Positions 54,928 to 64,000 of a stretch of DNA of 64,000 bases are shown here, in pieces. This DNA comes from Paramecium tetraurelia (Eukaryota). The position numbers and the translations under genes were made by a program. Under the pieces are notes generated by a model, which made no database searches, was not told the origin of the DNA, and saw only the letters and a list, made by a program, of their open reading frames with translations. How positions within the stretch are numbered: position 1 is the first letter of the stretch; each line of letters starts with the position of its first letter. The stretch is from contig CT868661.1 of the NCBI GenBank assembly GCA_000165425.1, positions 124,001 to 188,000 on the forward strand, given 5' to 3'.

Positions 54928-55928
54928 TTTATGTTTATTTTTGTTTCTAACATAATTCCATTCTTTATAATTAATTATTTCTATAGAAATTATATATATT
55001 GATTTAGATATCTAAAAATCAAAAGAGATTGAATATTGTTTTATATATTAACTCCATTTAATGTTAATGATACGATTATAGGGTAAATATGTATTTATCT
55101 GATTATCTTTAATATGACATATATTTAAAAGGTATTTTAATTTGTAAAATTTTAAGAATAAAACTCCTCAAATATATTTAAATATTAGAATAGTAATATA
55201 AACTAATGTTATTGATTGAAGTCTTATTTTAATATCTATTTTTGACCCTATTAAGTCAAAATTTTTAAATAATAATTAAAAACCTAACTAAAATGATAAC
55301 ATCAACAAAATCAGTATTGATATTTGATATAATTTAGTAATATAATATTAGGACATTTATACAATATCATAATAATCTTCATTTTTGATTATTATGCTAC
55401 CTTTAAAATAAATATCCACTTGATTTCTTCTAATTAGTCATAAACTGCTTATCTTATATCTCAAATTAATTGAGATACAAAACAAAATTTCGGTTTGCTC
55501 ACTAGTTGTTTATCATTTAAAGTCTTAAAGTTTCAAATTCATTTATGTTAGTAAATCAAAATTCTCCAATTAAATTGTATTATTTGTAAATAAATTTTTG
55601 ATTTGGCCATTAATATTAATTTTCTATAACTATTTAATATTCAACATTTAGAGGTTATTTAGTATAAAATTGAAACTTTTGTATAAGTACGCGTTATACA
55701 ATTTTATAAAATATCACATTATACACATTTAAAGCATGAAATTAAAATTCTCGATTTTCAATTAGGAATCCATTTTTGAATATTTTATATTTAAGATTGT
55801 ATAACATAGATGTTAGAATTTCTTTCTGATACTAAACCTTAATTATTCAAAACTTTATCTACTTAAGTAAAGGAAATATGAAAAAATTATAATAAGTATT
55901 TAATGTGTTTTCCTATAAAAAAGGTCAA

Positions 55929-56177
55929 TCAATTTATTTCTGAACCTCTCTTGGATTGGTTTCTTACTGAGTGTATAAATTTTGGTTAATAATCACCAGG
56001 AAGTTTAATTTTTGGAGACATTGGCGAATCCAAACCATCATTCTTATCCCAAATTTCATAAAATGTTGATTTATTGGATTCATCGAGATTATTTTGACTT
56101 AGTTGAATTGATCTTGATGATTTTCTCTCCATAGCTTATTGCATAAATTTGTTGTTTAGAATATTGAAAGAACTCAT
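55929..56177 (-). CDS. Small hypothetical protein (82 aa)
   Basis: Relatively GC-richer ATG-to-TGA ORF isolated in an AT-rich spacer. Confidence 0.55.
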
Positions 56178-57239
56178 ACACTTTAAAACAATTATTAAAA
56201 AAATTATGGTTATTTTGATATAAAATCTGAAGAAAAATTAATTAATCAAATATCATACTATTGATATATTTTCAAACCCTTATTTAATATTATATTATAC
56301 AATTTATAATACAATCATAAAAAAAAAATTTTATTTTGAATCTTTTAATAAAGAAATGATATTATTAAAATGTCTATTTATAAATTTCTGCTGAACGTCT
56401 ATTGATAATTTGAAGTTCAACTATGAAAAGAAATTTAGAGCAAATCACTTAATAATGTTCATAGAATTCGCATAAGTTTATATATTTATTGTCAATACTT
56501 TAAAACAAAAAAGAGTTTTGCAAAATTTTAGACATCACGTTTAAGAATTTTTCAAAATTTCAATATTTTATTATTCTTATGTATAATATCAAATAGATAT
56601 AGTTTAAAAAGTCATCTACAACAATTTCTTTAATATTCCTCATTTAATCTTGTGATTAGATCCATATGAAATGCCGTAAGAATTTTCGCAATCGCTCCTT
56701 AAATCTGATTAGGAATAAGTAAGATTTTCTTAATATCTTCTAATTTATTATAAATCAAGAGAGTCAAACTATATTATTTTGAGTACAAGAATTAAGTTGG
56801 TCCCTTTATTTTTAGGTTTTAGAGCTTTTTGATAAAACCTATGATTGTATAGCTCAAAAGCATTCATGATGTATAAAATTATTGCTAAGATTAATTATAG
56901 TTAGTAATTATAAAAAATTAGTTAAATAAAGATGATATCATAATTTTGATTAAATGTAAAATAGGTAAAAATAATTATAACCATTCACTTTAAGAAGCCA
57001 AAATCTTCAAATGAATGAATTGAGACTAAAATTAGATTTTGGTAATTTTGAAATTTATGTAATATCAATTTTATTTACTAAATTTTTAGATCAGTATTAA
57101 AATTAAAATTGAGCTAAATAATATCAATGAACAATAAAAGAGAAACATAAATATTTTGATTATTGACAAGAGAGATCTATCTTTAATAAAATTAAATTTA
57201 AACTAATATATATATAAACAAATTGAAGTAAACACAAAA

Positions 57240-57875
57240 TCAACATTAGCATAGTTAAAATAGACTTTTCTTTTTTATGGATACAAATGAATTTTATAAG
57301 ACAGGGTTTGCTTTACGATTTTCTTATTATTTCTTTTCTTCTAATTCCTACTTTTTAAGCCACAATTTAGCTACAAAATTAATGGCATTTTCTATGTTTC
57401 TGTTCTCCAAAGCAGATGATTCAAAGAACTCAAGTCCTTATGATTAAGCTAATTCTTTTCCTTCATCAAAATCAACTTCTCTTTTATAGTTTAAATCACT
57501 TTTGTTTCCGATTAATACTTTAATTGTATCAGGTGGGGAGTTCTGCTCAACTTCATTCATCCAATATTCTATTCTCTTAAATGACTATCTATCAGTGATA
57601 TCATAAACAAAAAATATAGCATGAGCTCCTCTATAATAATTTCTGCTTATTGTTCTAAATCTCTCTTATCCTGCAGTGTCCCAAAATTATAATTTAACGC
57701 TTTTTCCTGATTGTTCAATTATTTTAGTCTTAAAGTCGATTCCAATTGTCGGAAGTAAATTTTATTAAAATTCTTAATCTGTATATCTCATAAGGAGTGA
57801 ACTTTTTCCAATCCCAGTATCACCCACTAGTATAATTCTTAATAAATAGTCAAACTCGAAATATGTTTCTGACAT
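57240..57875 (-). CDS. Rab GTPase (Rab1/Rab8-like)
   Basis: GDTGIGKS, TIGIDF, WDTAGQERF, GNKSD, SSAL, C-terminal CQC; intronless. Confidence 0.93.
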
Positions 57876-58101
57876 CTTTTCACTTTTAGGTATTTTATTA
57901 TTAAATTTACAATTTTTCTTGAATCCAAGTTTTGAGAGTATTTCTCCCAGAAATAAACAGTATATATATTATTTTAAATAATAATTAATTTAATATTATT
58001 TTTAAACATAATCCATATATAATAGTATATAAAAATTGATTGAAATATTTAGTACTGATATATATACATGATTAAATCTGTATTAAATTCCACAAAATTT
58101 T

Positions 58102-59402
58102 TCAATATAATTAATTTGAAGGAAAGTAAGCACTTAAGTTCCTCTATTTTAAATATTAACTATTTTATCTTTTAGTTTGATTACTATCGAGATGTTTTCT
58201 ATGTTATAATCGTGATTTACTATTATTTAAGTCTATTGTGATCAACAAATACTCCTGGAACAATTCCAACATTTAATGCCTCATTATTGTAATAGTTTTA
58301 ATTAATTTTCATTTCTACAGTACTCATTGACTAATCTCTTTTTTTCTTTGTTTATTATTCCTCAATCTGCATTATTAAATCTTACCTATACTATTTTTAC
58401 TTCTCTATTTTTCTTTACAGATCATCCTAATCTTTTCTTTTAAAATGCTTATTCACAACTCCAAAATGTTCCAATTCTTATGATTTCTATTGCTATTCTC
58501 GCTCTTTCCATTATCGTTTTTATTCAATTTATTCCATAATAGAATTATAGGCTTCTTTGTTCTTCTTCTATCTGATAGCTCTCTCTATAATTTATCGTTG
58601 CTCATCCTATTATCTCTTTTATTCAGCAGCTTCCTTTATTAGTTTGTTTTCTATGTCGATTTTTTCTCTTTCTTTTTACTAGTAAATTTAATTGTATTTC
58701 TCCAATAATCCTTCATTTTGATGGTAATTGTGCTTTAACTTATTCATGAACTAGTATAAATGTGGCAAATACATTTCTTCTTTACTCCTCATCTTATTGA
58801 AGTTTATTGACTTCTTCCTACATACTCTGTTTTTCAAATAACCGTATTTTAATTTATTCCATTCTTTTCTTATCTTCCATGTCTTTATATGATTAATTTA
58901 ACTCATAACTAATTCTGTTCTTTTAATTTAGTTTCTCCAAAAGCTCTTCTTTAAAAATTTATTAATTTCTTAACATTTATTCACTGATCTATTGTTTTTC
59001 ATTTAAATTCTATTGTCTCTATAGTATTTTCTTCATTTCCTACTATTCCAAACTGTATTTAGCAAACTCAGCTTCTTTTTATTTCAATAAATGCAATTTC
59101 TGAATTTATTCAATATCTTGTCTCTGCATACCTTTTTGTATTTAATCAGCAAATAAATAATTATCAAAGCTTTCTGAGTCCTTTTTATTTCTTTCTAACA
59201 TAGCTGCTTGTAGTTCCTATCTTTACATAATTTCTCAATTAGGTTACCTGTATTGCAATTTACGTTAATAGTCCTCCTATTTTAGTATCTGTTGCTGCTG
59301 GTCTGATTGAGAATTTTACTACTAAATTAACCTGCTCCATTCTCCAGTTGGATCTAAGGAATAATATACTATATTCTTACTATTACTATTAAATTTATTC
59401 AT
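58102..59402 (-). CDS. Coiled-coil hypothetical protein
   Basis: Q/E/K-rich code-6 frame with tiny introns; ends approximate. Confidence 0.7.
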
Positions 59403-59506
59403 TAATAAAATTATATTGTAATTATTTAACTAAAGAATTAGAGGTTCATGTTGAGAATGAATATGAATTTATTTGTTAATAAGATATAAAAAAATGAATT
59501 ATAATC

Positions 59507-60105
59507 TCATTCAGAGGTCTTAAAATATTCACTAAAACTTGAATGTTTTCTTATAGACATGGTGAGTTCGTAAGTTTAGATTTTAGATTCTAAAATCCTG
59601 TATTCCTCACAAACCTTTTAATGAGAATCAAAAAGCAAGTTGTATTGTTCCCCAAATTCAAGAATTTTCATTTATTGTTCTTAAACCAACTATTTAAGTT
59701 GTTCATTTTCATATGCCAATTTCTAATTCATAAGGGCTTCACTCTTTAATTCGCAATTTTCATTTAGCAACATTAACATTCTTTTCTCGAGTTATAAAAT
59801 CTCAGGATAATTATTGTTTAAACTCCTACATTAACTTTGCTCTAATTTATTGATTTCTATTTAGCTAATATAACATATCTACTTTGTTCTAATTCACTTA
59901 TGTAATCGTATAGGTTTGTACTATCTTTTTTCTTTGCTATTGTGTTGGATTGGTAATTTTTGAATTAATTTTCATTTTTTTAAAATGGACTAGATTTAAC
60001 TCCCGAGTTTGTTTACACTTTGACCAGTCGTTCTGGAGTAGCAAAATTGCATTGTGAAGTTCTTACAGTATGGAAAGACTAACAAGGCGATCTGTAAGCT
60101 TTCAT
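59507..60105 (-). CDS. Hypothetical coiled-coil protein
   Basis: ATG 60105, intron near 59899-59923, ends TGA. Confidence 0.6.
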
Positions 60106-60427
60106 AACTATTTATTAAAATTATTCAAATTCCAATTAAGCAACCGATTATTATAAAATAAAACTTAGATAATTATATTGATATTTGCTTTAAGAATTTG
60201 AATAAAAATGAGAAGAAATTATTTGATTCTCATTTTAATTGAATGTTTAGGAAGCTGTAAGACTTTTATCAGCATTAAAAAAAAAAATAAAAATTAATAC
60301 AATTACATAACATACTTCACAGGAAAATGAAGATGTAACGCCAAATGGAGACAAGTTTAAGAAACATTTTATAAAAATATGTTAGAAGTAAAGATATTTT
60401 AACAAATTAACATGAGATGTTGAATCA

Positions 60428-60652
60428 TCACTTCAATTATGTTATAAGAGATTTGCTATTTAAGACTTTAGCAACTAGAGTCCAAGCATTTTGGAGAAAC
60501 TCTTCGGTTTTGGCTATTTCTTCTCCTAACTTTCTTAATTCTTCCCTCTTCTTTTGCTCTTCGTAATTCTTCTTTCGGAACATCTATTTCCAAGAGCAAG
60601 GTTTCTTTGTGATTGACTTAGATGCAGATGCTAGGCTCTTCTCTTCACTCAT
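60428..60652 (-). CDS. Small hypothetical protein (74 aa)
   Basis: MSEEKSLASASKSITKKPCSW..; coding-like composition, ends TGA. Confidence 0.55.
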
Positions 60653-60951
60653 ATATATTAATTTTTTAACTAATTTAGACTCTATGTTAGTTAGCCTTTT
60701 AAAACGGATATAGCAAAAACGATCTCTTAAATATAAATAGTTCTCTTATGATTTAGAGAGATATTATAGATATTAGATCGGAAGAGTACAAAGAATTCTG
60801 GAATAAACTTAGATCCAGAATCCTCTTGTTGAGTGGAGATGTAATTAGATTTGGAAGATGAGTACTACTAATTAATTTGTTCAATGAATTTTATTATTTA
60901 TGCATTTGTGTATATATATATTTATAAAATTAAATTATTGCTTCAGGAAAT

Positions 60952-62358
60952 ATGAAAAAGTACAGAGAATTAAAAAAGACTGGGGACGGAACATTTGGAG
61001 TTGTGATCAAGGCTGAAGACATGCAGAGTCACGATTTGGTAGCCATCAAAAAGATGAAACACAAATATCACAATTTTGAAGAATGCACTAACTTAAGAGA
61101 AGTTAAGGCTTTGATGAAACTTTAAAATCATCCAAACATTGTCAAGCTTAAAGAACGTAAGAATTGAATCAAATTAGTGTTTTTGGACAATGACACTCTC
61201 TGTTTAGTCTTTGAGTTTGTAGACAAAAGCATCTATCAAATGTACATCCAGCAAAAAGAGATGGTAACCAAATATAAGATGGAGCTTAGGGTAAAACCAT
61301 TCCAGAAGACCAAATCAAATCCCTCATTTACCAAGTAGCCAATGGACTCAGTTACATGCATAAACATGGCTACTTTCATCGAGATCTCAAGCCAGAAAAT
61401 CTCTTGGTCTCCAACGATGGCATTGTTAAGGTTATAGATCTTGGATGCGCAAGAGAAATCAGATCAAGACCCCCATATACTGATTATATTGCTACCAGAT
61501 GGTACAGGGTATATTCTCTGACTTAATTCAATTTAAGGCTCCAGAGATCCTATTGAAATAAGCCAATTACAATAGTCCAGTTGATATATTTGCTCTTGGT
61601 TGTATCATGGCTGAATTATTTTTAAATAGACCTCTATTTCAAGGTAATTCTGAATTAGAATAATTCAATAAGATCCTTTCCACTCTTGGGTAATTTGATA
61701 ACCTATCTTCTGTATTTTAGTACTTTCACTTAATTCGAATGGTCTGAAGGATGCAGACTAGTTTCTCAAATGGGATTGGCATTGGCCTAATTTCAACCTC
61801 TTCAATTGCAACAGTTGATACCTAATGCAAGCACTGAGGCCTTAAACTTGTTGACTTAAATGATTAGATGGGATCCCAACAAGAGAATCACTGCCACTCA
61901 AATGTTAACCCATCCATTTTTCTACAACATCGAGAAAGATTGCCCCTCCTATCATCTTCGAAGAGCAAGGCAAATCTAAAGATGAATTGAAATTGCCAGA
62001 AATGGGCAAAAAACCTAAGTCTTACAGTCAAAAGGAAGAACCCTAAAACCAATTCAAATAAAAATAATATGTACAATAACAACAGGTAGAAGATAATGAT
62101 AGTAATGATCTGGATGACATATTGGATTTTATAACCACTGAAAACAAACCTCTGCCTTCCAAATAATCTAGTTAGTCTTCCAAAAACTTAGAATATGGAG
62201 AATATGTTCCCTCAATTCCCTAAAATAGACAACCCAGGAATCTCTAATCAAGTCAAATACAAGAATAACAAAAGAAAGACAATAATTCAATCTATGATTT
62301 TAGCCATTTACAAAGTTTCAAACCTGCAAAAATGCCTAATACAAATTCTAAATATTGA
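60952..62358 (+). CDS. MAK/ICK (RCK-family) kinase
   Basis: [49 protein letters not shown]; 4 introns. Confidence 0.93.
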
Positions 62359-62423
62359 TCAGTGATTCTAGATTTTTTTGCTTAAGTTATATAATGTTTC
62401 AATAAATAAAAATATTTATCTTT

Positions 62424-63029
62424 TCATTTGAAATTCTGAATTTTCTTTGTATTCACAATCTCTCCTTCTTTCGAAAACAATATTAATAAAAATTATTTGT
62501 TAACCTCTAAAGATAATCTTATTTTTCTGTACAATTAAAACCATTAGCAATCCACACAATAATCGACCAAATACAAAGAGTGTTTATGTTCCAAATCCTT
62601 TTTATCATAAAATACCAGAGGAACTCCAAATATTCTACCTGACTCAATTATATATTGATTCGAATATTTTGAATAAATTTTTAATTCTAATTAATCAACA
62701 TACTTATTTGCAATCAAAAGTTTGGTCAACTATCCTAAAGTTATTTCCTTATTGTATATTGCAAAATTTATCAATCTTAAATATTCCTATGAGTAATTTC
62801 GTTATTGTTTATTTAACTCTACAAATTATAGCTATTATTCCATTAAACTCTTATCTATTTCTACAATCTAAGGTTTATCAACTACCTCCGCACTAACATT
62901 CATTAATTCATCATAAAAATCTGGCTCTAATAAAATGATTTAGTGTTCTGGGAATTCATTGATGAATTTATTAAAAGTCCAAACCTCATCTTAGTTAAAA
63001 AAGAAAGAAAAATTAGCATAAAATTTCAT
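62424..63029 (-). CDS. tRNA-splicing endonuclease catalytic subunit-like (SEN34/SEN2 family)
   Basis: Intronless 202 codons; YIIESGRIFGVPLVFY..HSLYLV..IRLSLEVNKQFLL matches the EndA C-terminal pattern. Confidence 0.7.
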
Positions 63030-63108
63030 TATATATATTTAAATTTCTGAATAATTTGAAATAAAGGATTATAAGCAATGGAATATTTAGTAAGTAAATT
63101 TATAATAA

Positions 63109-64000
63109 TCAATTACTTAAGAAGAATTATTTTAAGTATCTAGAAACATTATGTTTTAAAATTGATACTTAAAAATCCTTATCTTACAATCTTTATTTTA
63201 GACTCATTTAGAAAATAGTTTCATTTGTTAAGTAGTTTAATTTGTCAATAATCTATGGATTTAGTTAGGATTTTTAATTAACATTTTCAATAAATTGCTT
63301 AATTTTGCTATAATTCTATCCCAAATCAAATACAGAATTGGTTTTGGGAATTTCAGATTTAGATTCTTATTATTACTAACAAACGGAATTCTAATTACTT
63401 TTTCCTTCTTCAACTTTTATCAAATCTTCTAACTTAGTTAATTGTTAAGCTTTTTTTAGTTCTTTTAACTTTCTTTTCTCTTACTTACCTAGACTAACTC
63501 CATCTAATTTCAACTTCTATTAAATTAATTATAAGCTCATATTGATTCCTCTAGCGATGTTTTCAGGAGCTTTTTCATCAGGATGATTCTCTGAAGAGAT
63601 TGTCTATTAAACATTATAACACCCAGTTTAGAGTTCTTCCAATTATGATAAGATCTCCTGTTACAATCTTCTTTTGAGTTGTTTTTCTTCCTTTCTACTC
63701 AGATCTTTTTCTTCGGTATACATCTAAAATATTTTAATAAGTTTGTAAACATACTTTAGAATGTTTAATATTAATGAATTCCTGGTTCGGTCTGCCCAAA
63801 GGGTCTATAACAATTATTTTAATGTGTGAGTCGATTTCAACTCTTTCTCTTCTGCTCGTCTTCTTCTCTCTTCTGCCTTCTTGCTCGTAAGTCTGTAAAA
63901 TTGCCTTACATGTACAGGCCTTCGTTTTAAACATCTCAGCTACCTTCAAATATTTAAAAATTCATTTACATTACATAATGACAGTTTTTCAACTGTCAAA
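63109..64000 (-). CDS. HTH-like putative DNA-binding protein (5' end outside the window)
   Basis: LSLCNVAEMFKTKACTCKAILQTYEQEGR..KK HTH-like pattern after a 26-nt intron; stop position approximate. Confidence 0.55.

Noticed and set aside
14414..62358. Cilia-related genes (IFT57, CCP, MAK/ICK, kinesin) as a functional cluster
   Set aside because: They are scattered among unrelated genes, and such genes are common throughout ciliate genomes.
63734..63949. HTH-like segment as a Tc1/mariner transposase
   Set aside because: No DDE domain follows; the downstream sequence is a Q/K-rich tail typical of a host HTH protein.
1..64000. CRISPR arrays, transposons, telomeric repeats, tRNA/rRNA genes, retained IESs
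   Set aside because: I saw no spaced direct repeats, terminal inverted repeats, transposase/RT motifs, C4A2/C3A3 tracts or structured RNA. The coding interruptions I examined are explained by GT..AG introns, though short intergenic IESs cannot be excluded by eye.

Overview
Gene-dense, very AT-rich eukaryotic DNA that reads as ciliate macronuclear genome, most likely a Paramecium species. Genes open only under translation table 6 (TAA/TAG = Gln, TGA the only stop) and carry tiny ~21-33 nt GT..AG introns, so the supplied ORF track is mostly fragments or antisense artefacts. By hand I reconstruct about 45 protein genes. Recognisable ones include a DHHC palmitoyltransferase, a tesmin/TSO1 CXC protein, IFT57, V-ATPase subunit H, proteasome alpha5, eIF6, an eIF4G-like protein, ESS2/DGCR14, a kinesin, a T4-type trichocyst matrix protein, a cytosolic carboxypeptidase, a Rab, a MAK/ICK kinase, an R2R3-MYB, a MARCH-type RINGv ligase and a tRNA-splicing endonuclease subunit. 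The most notable items are: several probable pseudoenzymes (a hybrid histidine kinase lacking phosphorelay residues, a papain homolog lacking its catalytic residues, a myristoylated pseudokinase); a tandem secreted cystatin pair with one degenerate copy; a 7TM-RGS-like protein; a TH1-AGC kinase fusion; a possible divergent HP1-like protein; a single-base frameshift in the trichocyst gene; and a few decayed gene relics. I saw no RNA genes, telomeric repeats, transposons or CRISPR arrays. All models and family calls are manual and no searches were run. I did not find a clear new multi-gene system.
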